From the human T2T-CHM13v2.0 reference genome, Homo sapiens, in the NCBI RefSeq assembly GCF_009914755.1, contig NC_060931.1: 64,000 nt of DNA; one strand, written 5' to 3'. Shown piece after piece: positions 12,901 to 26,400 of the stretch. The translations under genes and the position numbers were made by a program. Positions within the stretch are counted from its first letter, which is position 1. Every line of letters begins with the position of its first letter. A model generated the notes under the pieces. It had not been told where the DNA came from. It made no database searches and saw only the letters and a list, made by a program, of their open reading frames with translations.

Positions 12901-14864
12901 ACTCACAGAGTTGAACCTTGCTTTAGAGAGAGCAGATTTGAAACACTCTTGCTGTGGCATTTTCAGGTGGAGATTTCAAGCGATTTGAGGACAATTGCAG
13001 AAAAGGAAATATCTTCGTATAATAACCAGACAGAATCATTCTCAGAAAGTGCTTTGTGATGTGTGCGTTCAACTCACAGAGTTTAACCTTTCTTTTCATA
13101 GAGGAGTTTGGAAACACACTGTTTGTAAAGTCTGCAAGTGGATATATGGACCTGTTTGAGGCCTTCGTTGGAAACGGGATTTCTTCATTGAATGCTAGAC
13201 GGAAGAATTCTCAGTAAATTCTTTGTGTTGTGTGCATTCAACTCACAGAGTGGAACGTCCCTTTAGACAGAGCAGATTTGAAACACTCTTTTTGCGGAAT
13301 TTGCAAGTGGAGATTTCTAGCCATTTGATGCCAACAGTAGAAAGGGAAATATCTTCAAATAAAAACCAGACAGAATCATTCTCAGAAAATTCTTTGTGAT
13401 GTGTGCGTTCAACTCACATAGTTTAACCTTTCTTTTCATAGAGCAGTTTGGAAACACTCTGTTTGTAAAGTCTGCAAGTGGATATATGGACCGCATTGAG
13501 GCCTTCGTTGGAAACGGGATTTCTTCATTTCATGCTAGACAGAAGAATTCTCAGTAACTTCTTTGTGCTGTGTGTATTCAACTCACAGAGTGGAACGTCC
13601 CTTTGCACAGAGCAGATTTGAAACACTCTTTTTGTGGAGTTTGCAAGTGGAGATTTCAAGCGATTTGATGCCAACAGTAGAAAAGGAAATATCTTCAAAT
13701 AAAAACTAGACAGAATCATTCTCAGAAACTACTTTGTGATGTGTGCCTTCAACTCACAGAGTTTAACCTTTCTTTTCTTAGAGCAGTTTAGAAACACTCT
13801 GCTTGTTATGTCTGCAAGTGGATATTTGGACCTCTTTGAGGCCTTCGTTGCAAACGGGGTTTCTTCCTTTCATGCTAGACTAAGAAGAGTTCTCAGTAAC
13901 TTTTTTGTGTTGTGTGTATTCAACTCACAGAGTTGAACCTTGCTTTAGAGAGAGCAGATTTGAAACACTCTTGCTGTGGCATTTTCAGGTGGAGATTTCA
14001 AGCGATTTGAGGACAATTGCAGAAAAGGAAATATCTTCGTATAATAACCAGACAGAATCATTCTCAGAAAGTGCTTTGTGATGTGTGCGTTCAACTCACA
14101 GAGTTTAACCTTTCTTTTCATAGAGGAGTTTGGAAACACACTGTTTGTAAAGTCTGCAAGTGGATACATGGACCTGTTTGAGGCCTTCGTTGGAAACGGG
14201 ATTTCTTCATTGAATGCTAGACGGAAGAATTCTCAGTAAATTCTTTGTGTTGTGTGCATTCAACTCACAGAGTGGAACGTCCCTTTAGACAGAGCAGATT
14301 TGAAACACTCTTTTTGCGGAATTTGCAAGTGGAGATTTCTAGCCATTTGATGCCAACAGTAGAAAGGGAAATATCTTCAAATAAAAACCAGACAGAATCA
14401 TTCTCAGAAAATTCTTTGTGATGTGTGCGTTCAACTCACATAGTTTAACCTTTCTTTTCATAGAGCAGTTTGGAAACACTCTGTTTGTAAAGTCTGCAAG
14501 TGGATATATGGACCGCATTGAGGCCTTCGTTGGAAACGGGATTTCTTCATTTCATGCTAGACAGAAGAATTCTCAGTAACTTCTTTGTGCTGTGTGTATT
14601 CAACTCACAGAGTGGAACGTCCCTTTGCACAGAGCAGATTTGAAACACTCTTTTTGTGGAGTTTGCAAGTGGAGATTTCAAGCGATTTGATGCCAACAGT
14701 AGAAAAGGAAATATCTTCAAATAAAAACTAGACAGAATCATTCTCAGAAACTACTTTGTGATGTGTGCCTTCAACTCACAGAGTTCAACCTTTCTTTTCT
14801 TAGAGCAGTTTAGAAACACTCTGCTTGTTATGTCTGCAAGTGGATATTTGGACCTCTTTGAGGC

Positions 14865-14881
14865 CTTTGTTGCAAACGGGG
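14865..14881 (+). promoter_or_regulatory. Mutated CENP-B box (core TTCG changed to TTTG)
   Basis: Reads CTTTGTTGCAAACGGGG; C>T at 14868 in the first core CpG. Confidence 0.9.
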
Positions 14882-15387
14882 TTTCTTCCTTTCATGCTAG
14901 ACTAAGAAGAGTTCTCAGTAACTTTTTTGTGTTGTGTGTATTCAACTCACAGAGTTGAACCTTGCTTTAGAGAGAGCAGATTTGAAACACTCTTGCTGTG
15001 GCATTTTCAGGTGGAGATTTCAAGCGATTTGAGGACAATTGCAGAAAAGGAAATATCTTCGTATAATAACCAGACAGAATCATTCTCAGAAAGTGCTTTG
15101 TGATGTGTGCGTTCAACTCACAGAGTTTAACCTTTCTTTTCATAGAGGAGTTTGGAAACACACTGTTTGTAAAGTCTGCAAGTGGATATATGGACCTGTT
15201 TGAGGCCTTCGTTGGAAACGGGATTTCTTCATTGAATGCTAGACGGAAGAATTCTCAGTAAATTCTTTGTGTTGTGTGCATTCAACTCACAGAGTGGAAC
15301 GTCCCTTTAGACAGAGCAGATTTGAAACACTCTTTTTGCGGAATTTGCAAGTGGAGATTTCTAGCCATTTGATGCCAACAGTAGAAA

Positions 15388-18336
15388 AGGAAATATCTTC
15401 AAATAAAAACCAGACAGAATCATTCTCAGAAAATTCTTTGTGATGTGTGCGTTCAACTCACATAGTTTAACCTTTCTTTTCATAGAGCAGTTTGGAAACA
15501 CTCTGTTTGTAAAGTCTGCAAGTGGATATATGGACCGCATTGAGGCCTTCGTTGGAAACGGGATTTCTTCATTTCATGCTAGACAGAAGAATTCTCAGTA
15601 ACTTCTTTGTGCTGTGTGTATTCAACTCACAGAGTGGAACGTCCCTTTGCACAGAGCAGATTTGAAACACTCTTTTTGTGGAGTTTGCAAGTGGAGATTT
15701 CAAGCGATTTGATGCCAACAGTAGAAAAGGAAATATCTTCAAATAAAAACTAGACAGAATCATTCTCAGAAACTACTTTGTGATGTGTGCCTTCAACTCA
15801 CAGAGTTTAACCTTTCTTTTCTTAGAGCAGTTTAGAAACACTCTGCTTGTTATGTCTGCAAGTGGATATTTGGACCTCTTTGAGGCCTTCGTTGCAAACG
15901 GGGTTTCTTCCTTTCATGCTAGACTAAGAAGAGTTCTCAGTAACTTTTTTGTGTTGTGTGTATTCAACTCACAGAGTTGAACCTTGCTTTAGAGAGAGCA
16001 GATTTGAAACACTCTTGCTGTGGCATTTTCAGGTGGAGATTTCAAGCGATTTGAGGACAATTGCAGAAAAGGAAATATCTTCGTATAATAACCAGACAGA
16101 ATCATTCTCAGAAAGTGCTTTGTGATGTGTGCGTTCAACTCACAGAGTTTAACCTTTCTTTTCATAGAGGAGTTTGGAAACACACTGTTTGTAAAGTCTG
16201 CAAGTGGATATATTTACCTGTTTGAGGCCTTCGTTGGAAACGGGATTTCTTCATTGAATGCTAGACGGAAGAATTCTCAGTAAATTCTTTGGGTTGTGTG
16301 CATTCAACTCACAGAGTGGAACGTCCCTTTAGACAGAGCAGATTTGAAACACTCTTTTTGCGGAATTTGCAAGTGGAGATTTCTAGCCATTTGATGCCAA
16401 CAGTAGAAAGGGAAATATCTTCAAATAAAAACCAGACAGAATCATTCTCAGAAAATTCTTTGTGATGTGTGCGTTCAACTCACATAGTTTAACCTTTCTT
16501 TTCATAGAGCAGTTTGGAAACACTCTGTTTGTAAAGTCTGCAAGTGGATATATGGACCGCATTGAGGCCTTCGTTGGAAACGGGATTTCTTCATTTCATG
16601 CTAGACAGAAGAATTCTCAGTAACTTCTTTGTGCTGTGTGTATTCAACTCACAGAGTGGAACGTCCCTTTGCACAGAGCAGATTTGAAACACTCTTTTTG
16701 TGGAGTTTGCAAGTGGAGATTTCAAGCGATTTGATGCCAACAGTAGAAAAGGAAATATCTTCAAATAAAAACTAGACAGAATCATTCTCAGAAACTACTT
16801 TGTGATGTGTGCCTTCAACTCACAGAGTTTAACCTTTCTTTTCTTAGAGCAGTTTAGAAACACTCTGCTTGTTACGTCTGCAAGTGGATATTTGGACCTC
16901 TTTGAGGCCTTCGTTGCAAACGGGGTTTCTTCCTTTCATGCTAGACTAAGAAGAGTTCTCAGTAACTTTTTTGTGTTGTGTGTATTCAACTCACAGAGTT
17001 GAACCTTGCTTTAGAGAGAGCAGATTTGAAACACTCTTGCTGTGGCATTTTCAGGTGGAGATTTCAAGCGATTTGAGGACAATTGCAGAAAAGGAAATAT
17101 CTTCGTATAATAACCAGACAGAATCATTCTCAGAAAGTGCTTTGTGATGTGTGCGTTCAACTCACAGAGTTTAACCTTTCTTTTCATAGAGGAGTTTGGA
17201 AACACACTGTTTGTAAAGTCTGCAAGTGGATATATGGACCTGTTTGAGGCCTTCGTTGGAAACGGGATTTCTTCATTGAATGCTAGACGGAAGAATTCTC
17301 AGTAAATTCTTTGTGTTGTGTGCATTCAACTCACAGAGTGGAACGTCCCTTTAGACAGAGCAGATTTGAAACACTCTTTTTGCGGAATTTGCAAGTGGAG
17401 ATTTCTAGCCATTTGATGCCAACAGTAGAAAAGGAAATATCTTCAAATAAAAACCAGACAGAATCATTCTCAGAAAATTCTTTGTGATGTGTGCGTTCAA
17501 CTCACATAGTTTAACCTTTCTTTTCATAGAGCAGTTTGGAAACACTCTGTTTGTAAAGTCTGCAAGTGGATATATGGACCGCATTGAGGCCTTCGTTGGA
17601 AACGGGATTTCTTCATTTCATGCTAGACAGAAGAATTCTCAGTAACTTCTTTGTGCTGTGTGTATTCAACTCACAGAGTGGAACGTCCCTTTGCACAGAG
17701 CAGATTTGAAACACTCTTTTTGTGGAGTTTGCAAGTGGAGATTTCAAGCGATTTGATGCCAACAGTAGAAAAGGAAATATCTTCAAATAAAAACTAGACA
17801 GAATCATTCTCAGAAACTACTTTGTGATGTGTGCCTTCAACTCACAGAGTTTAACCTTTCTTTTCTTAGAGCAGTTTAGAAACACTCTGCTTGTTATGTC
17901 TGCAAGTGGATATTTGGACCTCTTTGAGGCCTTCGTTGCAAACGGGGTTTCTTCCTTTCATGCTAGACTAAGAAGAGTTCTCAGTAACTTTTTTGTGTTG
18001 TGTGTATTCAACTCACAGAGTTGAACCTTGCTTTAGAGAGAGCAGATTTGAAACACTCTTGCTGTGGCATTTTCAGGTGGAGATTTCAAGCGATTTGAGG
18101 ACAATTGCAGAAAAGGAAATATCTTCGTATAATAACCAGACAGAATCATTCTCAGAAAGTGCTTTGTGATGTGTGCGTTCAACTCACAGAGTTTAACCTT
18201 TCTTTTCATAGAGGAGTTTGGAAACACACTGTTTGTAAAGTCTGCAAGTGGATATATTTACCTGTTTGAGGCCTTCGTTGGAAACGGGATTTCTTCATTG
18301 AATGCTAGACGGAAGAATTCTCAGTAAATTCTTTGG
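15388..18336 (+). repeat. Local duplication signature with 2044-bp (2-HOR) offset
   Basis: Variants at 15388, 16214-16215 and 16292 recur at 17432, 18258-18259 and 18336. Confidence 0.85.
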
Positions 18337-20423
18337 GTTGTGTGCATTCAACTCACAGAGTGGAACGTCCCTTTAGACAGAGCAGATTTGAAACACTCTT
18401 TTTGCGGAATTTGCAAGTGGAGATTTCTAGCCATTTGATGCCAACAGTAGAAAGGGAAATATCTTCAAATAAAAACCAGACAGAATCATTCTCAGAAAAT
18501 TCTTTGTGATGTGTGCGTTCAACTCACATAGTTTAACCTTTCTTTTCATAGAGCAGTTTGGAAACACTCTGTTTGTAAAGTCTGCAAGTGGATATATGGA
18601 CCGCATTGAGGCCTTCGTTGGAAACGGGATTTCTTCATTTCATGCTAGACAGAAGAATTCTCAGTAACTTCTTTGTGCTGTGTGTATTCAACTCACAGAG
18701 TGGAACGTCCCTTTGCACAGAGCAGATTTGAAACACTCTTTTTGTGGAGTTTGCAAGTGGAGATTTCAAGCGATTTGATGCCAACAGTAGAAAAGGAAAT
18801 ATCTTCAAATAAAAACTAGACAGAATCATTCTCAGAAACTACTTTGTGATGTGTGCCTTCAACTCACAGAGTTTAACCTTTCTTTTCTTAGAGCAGTTTA
18901 GAAACACTCTGCTTGTTATGTCTGCAAGTGGATATTTGGACCTCTTTGAGGCCTTCGTTGCAAACGGGGTTTCTTCCTTTCATGCTAGACTAAGAAGAGT
19001 TCTCAGTAACTTTTTTGTGTTGTGTGTATTCAACTCACAGAGTTGAACCTTGCTTTAGAGAGAGCAGATTTGAAACACTCTTGCTGTGGCATTTTCAGGT
19101 GGAGATTTCAAGCGATTTGAGGACAATTGCAGAAAAGGAAATATCTTCGTATAATAACCAGACAGAATCATTCTCAGAAAGTGCTTTGTGATGTGTGCGT
19201 TCAACTCACAGAGTTTAACCTTTCTTTTCATAGAGGAGTTTGGAAACACACTGTTTGTAAAGTCTGCAAGTGGATATATGGACCTGTTTGAGGCCTTCGT
19301 TGGAAACGGGATTTCTTCATTGAATGCTAGACGGAAGAATTCTCAGTAAATTCTTTGTGTTGTGTGCATTCAACTCACAGAGTGGAACGTCCCTTTAGAC
19401 AGAGCAGATTTGAAACACTCTTTTTGCGGAATTTGCAAGTGGAGATTTCTAGCCATTTGATGCCAAAAGTAGAAAGGGAAATATCTTCAAATAAAAACCA
19501 GACAGAATCATTCTCAGAAAATTCTTTGTGATGTGTGCGTTCAACTCACATAGTTTAACCTTTCTTTTCATAGAGCAGTTTGGAAACACTCTGTTTGTAA
19601 AGTCTGCAAGTGGATATATGGACCGCATTGAGGCCTTCGTTGGAAACGGGATTTCTTCATTTCATGCTAGACAGAAGAATTCTCAGTAACTTCTTTGTGC
19701 TGTGTGTATTCAACTCACAGAGTGGAACGTCCCTTTGCACAGAGCAGATTTGAAACACTCTTTTTGTGGAGTTTGCAAGTGGAGATTTCAAGCGATTTGA
19801 TGCCAACAGTAGAAAAGGAAATATCTTCAAATAAAAACTAGACAGAATCATTCTCAGAAACTACTTTGTGATGTGTGCCTTCAACTCACAGAGTTTAACC
19901 TTTCTTTTCTTAGAGCAGTTTAGAAACACTCTGCTTGTTATGTCTGCAAGTGGATATTTGGACCTCTTTGAGGCCTTCGTTGCAAACGGGGTTTCTTCCT
20001 TTCATGCTAGACTAAGAAGAGTTCTCAGTAACTTTTTTGTGTTGTGTGTATTCAACTCACAGAGTTGAACCTTGCTTTAGAGAGAGCAGATTTGAAACAC
20101 TCTTGCTGTGGCATTTTCAGGTGGAGATTTCAAGCGATTTGAGGACAATTGCAGAAAAGGAAATATCTTCGTATAATAACCAGACAGAATCATTCTCAGA
20201 AAGTGCTTTGTGATGTGTGCGTTCAACTCACAGAGTTTAACCTTTCTTTTCATAGAGGAGTTTGGAAACACACTGTTTGTAAAGTCTGCAAGTGGATATA
20301 TGGACCTGTTTGAGGCCTTCGTTGGAAACGGGATTTCTTCATTGAATGCTAGACGGAAGAATTCTCAGTAAATTCTTTGTGTTGTGTGCATTCAACTCAC
20401 AGAGTGGAACGTCCCTTTAGACA

Positions 20424-23400
20424 CAGCAGATTTGAAACACTCTTTTTGCGGAATTTGCAAGTGGAGATTTCTAGCCATTTGATGCCAACAGTAGAAAGGG
20501 AAATATCTTCAAATAAAAACCAGACAGAATCATTCTCAGAAAATTCTTTGTGATGTGTGCGTTCAACTCACATAGTTTAACCTTTCTTTTCATAGAGCAG
20601 TTTGGAAACACTCTGTTTGTAAAGTCTGCAAGTGGATATATGGACCGCATTGAGGCCTTCGTTGGAAACGGGATTTCTTCATTTCATGCTAGACAGAAGA
20701 ATTCTCAGTAACTTCTTTGTGCTGTGTGTATTCAACTCACAGAGTGGAACGTCCCTTTGAACAGAGCAGATTTGAAACACTCTTTTTGTGGAGTTTGCAA
20801 GTGGAGATTTCAAGCGATTTGATGCCAACAGTAGAAAAGGAAATATCTTCAAATAAAAACTAGACAGAATCATTCTCAGAAACTACTTTGTGATGTGTGC
20901 CTTCAACTCACAGAGTTCAACCTTTCTTTTCTTAGAGCAGTTTAGAAACACTCTGCTTGTTATGTCTGCAAGTGGATATTTGGACCTCTTTGAGGCCTTC
21001 GTTGCAAACGGGGTTTCTTCCTTTCATGCTAGACTAAGAAGAGTTCTCAGTAACTTTTTTGTGTTGTGTGTATTCAACTCACAGAGTTGAACCTTGCTTT
21101 AGAGAGAGCAGATTTGAAACACTCTTGCTGTGGCATTTTCAGGTGGAGATTTCAAGCGATTTGAGGACAATTGCAGAAAAGGAAATATCTTCGTATAATA
21201 ACCAGACAGAATCATTCTCAGAAAGTGCTTTGTGATGTGTGCGTTCAACTCACAGAGTTTAACCTTTCTTTTCATAGAGGAGTTTGGAAACACACTGTTT
21301 GTAAAGTCTGCAAGTGGATACATGGACCTGTTTGAGGCCTTCGTTGGAAACGGGATTTCTTCATTGAATGCTAGACGGAAGAATTCTCAGTAAATTCTTT
21401 GTGTTGTGTGCATTCAACTCACAGAGTGGAACGTCCCTTTAGACAGAGCAGATTTGAAACACTCTTTTTGCGGAATTTGCAAGTGGAGATTTCTAGCCAT
21501 TTGATGCCAACAGTAGAAAGGGAAATATCTTCAAATAAAAACCAGACAGAATCATTCTCAGAAAATTCTTTGTGATGTGTGCGTTCAACTCACATAGTTT
21601 AACCTTTCTTTTCATAGAGCAGTTTGGAAACACTCTGTTTGTAAAGTCTGCAAGTGGATATATGGACCGCATTGAGGCCTTCGTTGGAAACGGGATTTCT
21701 TCATTTCATGCTAGACAGAAGAATTCTCAGTAACTTCTTTGTGCTGTGTGTATTCAACTCACAGAGTGGAACGTCCCTTTGCACAGAGCAGATTTGAAAC
21801 ACTCTTTTTGTGGAGTTTGCAAGTGGAGATTTCAAGCGATTTGATGCCAACAGTAGAAAAGGAAATATCTTCAAATAAAAACTAGACAGAATCATTCTCA
21901 GAAACTACTTTGTGATGTGTGCCTTCAACTCACAGAGTTTAACCTTTCTTTTCTTAGAGCAGTTTAGAAACACTCTGCTTGTTATGTCTGCAAGTGGATA
22001 TTTGGACCTCTTTGAGGCCTTCGTTGCAAACGGGGTTTCTTCCTTTCATGCTAGACTAAGAAGAGTTCTCAGTAACTTTTTTGTGTTGTGTGTATTCAAC
22101 TCACAGAGTTGAACCTTGCTTTAGAGAGAGCAGATTTGAAACACTCTTGCTGTGGCATTTTCAGGTGGAGATTTCAAGCGATTTGAGGACAATTGCAGTA
22201 AAGGAAATATCTTCGTATAATAACCAGACAGAATCATTCTCAGAAAGTGCTTTGTGATGTGTGCGTTCAACTCACAGAGTTTAACCTTTCTTTTCATAGA
22301 GGAGTTTGGAAACACACTGTTTGTAAAGTCTGCAAGTGGATACATGGACCTGTTTGAGGCCTTCGTTGGAAACGGGATTTCTTCATTGAATGCTAGACGG
22401 AAGAATTCTCAGTAAATTCTTTGTGTTGTGTGCATTCAACTCACAGAGTGGAACGTCCCTTTAGACACAGCAGATTTGAAACACTCTTTTTGCGGAATTT
22501 GCAAGTGGAGATTTCTAGCCATTTGATGCCAACAGTAGAAAGGGAAATATCTTCAAATAAAAACCAGACAGAATCATTCTCAGAAAATTCTTTGTGATGT
22601 GTGCGTTCAACTCACATAGTTTAACCTTTCTTTTCATAGAGCAGTTTGGAAACACTCTGTTTGTAAAGTCTGCAAGTGGATATATGGACCGCATTGAGGC
22701 CTTCGTTGGAAACGGGATTTCTTCATTTCATGCTAGACAGAAGAATTCTCAGTAACTTCTTTGTGCTGTGTGTATTCAACTCACAGAGTGGAACGTCCCT
22801 TTGCACAGAGCAGATTTGAAACACTCTTTTTGTGGAGTTTGCAAGTGGAGATTTCAAGCGATTTGATGCCAACAGTAGAAAAGGAAATATCTTCAAATAA
22901 AAACTAGACAGAATCATTCTCAGAAACTACTTTGTGATGTGTGCCTTCAACTCACAGAGTTTAACCTTTCTTTTCTTAGAGCAGTTTAGAAACACTCTGC
23001 TTGTTATGTCTGCAAGTGGATATTTGGACCTCTTTGAGGCCTTCGTTGCAAACGGGGTTTCTTCCTTTCATGCTAGACTAAGAAGAGTTCTCAGTAACTT
23101 TTTTGTGTTGTGTGTATTCAACTCACAGAGTTGAACCTTGCTTTAGAGAGAGCAGATTTGAAACACTCTTGCTGTGGCATTTTCAGGTGGAGATTTCAAG
23201 CGATTTGAGGACAATTGCAGAAAAGGAAATATCTTCGTATAATAACCAGACAGAATCATTCTCAGAAAGTGCTTTGTGATGTGTGCGTTCAACTCACAGA
23301 GTTTAACCTTTCTTTTCATAGAGGAGTTTGGAAACACACTGTTTGTAAAGTCTGCAAGTGGATATATGGACCTGTTTGAGGCCTTCGTTGGAAACGGGAT

Positions 23401-26400
23401 TTCTTCATTGAATGCTAGACGGAAGAATTCTCAGTAAATTCTTTGTGTTGTGTGCATTCAACTCACAGAGTGGAACGTCCCTTTAGACAGAGCAGATTTG
23501 AAACACTCTTTTTGCGGAATTTGCAAGTGGAGATTTCTAGCCATTTGATGCCAACAGTAGAAAGGGAAATATCTTCAAATAAAAACCAGACAGAATCATT
23601 CTCAGAAAATTCTTTGTGATGTGTGCGTTCAACTCACATAGTTTAACCTTTCTTTTCATAGAGCAGTTTGGAAACACTCTGTTTGTAAAGTCTGCAAGTG
23701 GATATATGGACCGCATTGAGGCCTTCGTTGGAAACGGGATTTCTTCATTTCATGCTAGACAGAAGAATTCTCAGTAACTTCTTTGTGCTGTGTGTATTCA
23801 ACTCACAGAGTGGAACGTCCCTTTGCACAGAGCAGATTTGAAACACTCTTTTTGTGGAGTTTGCAAGTGGAGATTTCAAGCGATTTGATGCCAACAGTAG
23901 AAAAGGAAATATCTTCAAATAAAAACTAGACAGAATCATTCTCAGAAACTACTTTGTGATGTGTGCCTTCAACTCACAGAGTTCAACCTTTCTTTTCTTA
24001 GAGCAGTTTAGAAACACTCTGCTTGTTATGTCTGCAAGTGGATATTTGGACCTCTTTGAGGCCTTCGTTGCAAACGGGGTTTCTTCCTTTCATGCTAGAC
24101 TAAGAAGAGTTCTCAGTAACTTTTTTGTGTTGTGTGTATTCAACTCACAGAGTTGAACCTTGCTTTAGAGAGAGCAGATTTGAAACACTCTTGCTGTGGC
24201 ATTTTCAGGTGGAGATTTCAAGCGATTTGAGGACAATTGCAGAAAAGGGAATATCTTCGTATAATAACCAGACAGAATCATTCTCAGAAAGTGCTTTGTG
24301 ATGTGTGCGTTCAACTCACAGAGTTTAACCTTTCTTTTCATAGAGGAGTTTGGAAACACACTGTTTGTAAAGTCTGCAAGTGGATACATGGACCTGTTTG
24401 AGGCCTTCGTTGGAAACGGGATTTCTTCATTGAATGCTAGACGGAAGAATTCTCAGTAAATTCTTTGTGTTGTGTGCATTCAACTCACAGAGTGGAACGT
24501 CCCTTTAGACACAGCAGATTTGAAACACTCTTTTTGCGGAATTTGCAAGTGGAGATTTCTAGCCATTTGATGCCAACAGTAGAAAGGGAAATATCTTCAA
24601 ATAAAAACCAGACAGAATCATTCTCAGAAAATTCTTTGTGATGTGTGCGTTCAACTCACATAGTTTAACCTTTCTTTTCATAGAGCAGTTTGGAAACACT
24701 CTGTTTGTAAAGTCTGCAAGTGGATATATGGACCGCATTGAGGCCTTCGTTGGAAACGGGATTTCTTCATTTCATGCTAGACAGAAGAATTCTCAGTAAC
24801 TTCTTTGTGCTGTGTGTATTCAACTCACAGAGTGGAACGTCCCTTTGCACAGAGCAGATTTGAAACACTCTTTTTGTGGAGTTTGCAAGTGGAGATTTCA
24901 AGCGATTTGATGCCAACAGTAGAAAAGGAAATATCTTCAAATAAAAACTAGACAGAATCATTCTCAGAAACTACTTTGTGATGTGTGCCTTCAACTCACA
25001 GAGTTTAACCTTTCTTTTCTTAGAGCAGTTTAGAAACACTCTGCTTGTTATGTCTGCAAGTGGATATTTGGACCTCTTTGAGGCCTTCGTTGCAAACGGG
25101 GTTTCTTCCTTTCATGCTAGACTAAGAAGAGTTCTCAGTAACTTTTTTGTGTTGTGTGTATTCAACTCACAGAGTTGAACCTTGCTTTAGAGAGAGCAGA
25201 TTTGAAACACTCTTGCTGTGGCATTTTCAGGTGGAGATTTCAAGCGATTTGAGGACAATTGCAGAAAAGGAAATATCTTCGTATAATAACCAGACAGAAT
25301 CATTCTCAGAAAGTGCTTTGTGATGTGTGCGTTCAACTCACAGAGTTTAACCTTTCTTTTCATAGAGGAGTTTGGAAACACACTGTTTGTAAAGTCTGCA
25401 AGTGGATATATGGACCTGTTTGAGGCCTTCGTTGGAAACGGGATTTCTTCATTGAATGCTAGACGGAAGAATTCTCAGTAAATTCTTTGTGTTGTGTGCA
25501 TTCAACTCACAGAGTGGAACGTCCCTTTAGACACAGCAGATTTGAAACACTCTTTTTGCGGAATTTGCAAGTGGAGATTTCTAGCCATTTGATGCCAACA
25601 GTAGAAAGGGAAATATCTTCAAATAAAAACCAGACAGAATCATTCTCAGAAAATTCTTTGTGATGTGTGCGTTCAACTCACATAGTTTAACCTTTCTTTT
25701 CATAGAGCAGTTTGGAAACACTCTGTTTGTAAAGTCTGCAAGTGGATATATGGACCGCATTGAGGCCTTCGTTGGAAACGGGATTTCTTCATTTCATGCT
25801 AGACAGAAGAATTCTCAGTAACTTCTTTGTGCTGTGTGTATTCAACTCACAGAGTGGAACGTCCCTTTGAACAGAGCAGATTTGAAACACTCTTTTTGTG
25901 GAGTTTGCAAGTGGAGATTTCAAGCGATTTGATGCCAACAGTAGAAAAGGAAATATCTTCAAATAAAAACTAGACAGAATCATTCTCAGAAACTACTTTG
26001 TGATGTGTGCCTTCAACTCACAGAGTTCAACCTTTCTTTTCTTAGAGCAGTTTAGAAACACTCTGCTTGTTATGTCTGCAAGTGGATATTTGGACCTCTT
26101 TGAGGCCTTCGTTGCAAACGGGGTTTCTTCCTTTCATGCTAGACTAAGAAGAGTTCTCAGTAACTTTTTTGTGTTGTGTGTATTCAACTCACAGAGTTGA
26201 ACCTTGCTTTAGAGAGAGCAGATTTGAAACACTCTTGCTGTGGCATTTTCAGGTGGAGATTTCAAGCGATTTGAGGACAATTGCAGAAAAGGAAATATCT
26301 TCGTATAATAACCAGACAGAATCATTCTCAGAAAGTGCTTTGTGATGTGTGCGTTCAACTCACAGAGTTTAACCTTTCTTTTCATAGAGGAGTTTGGAAA

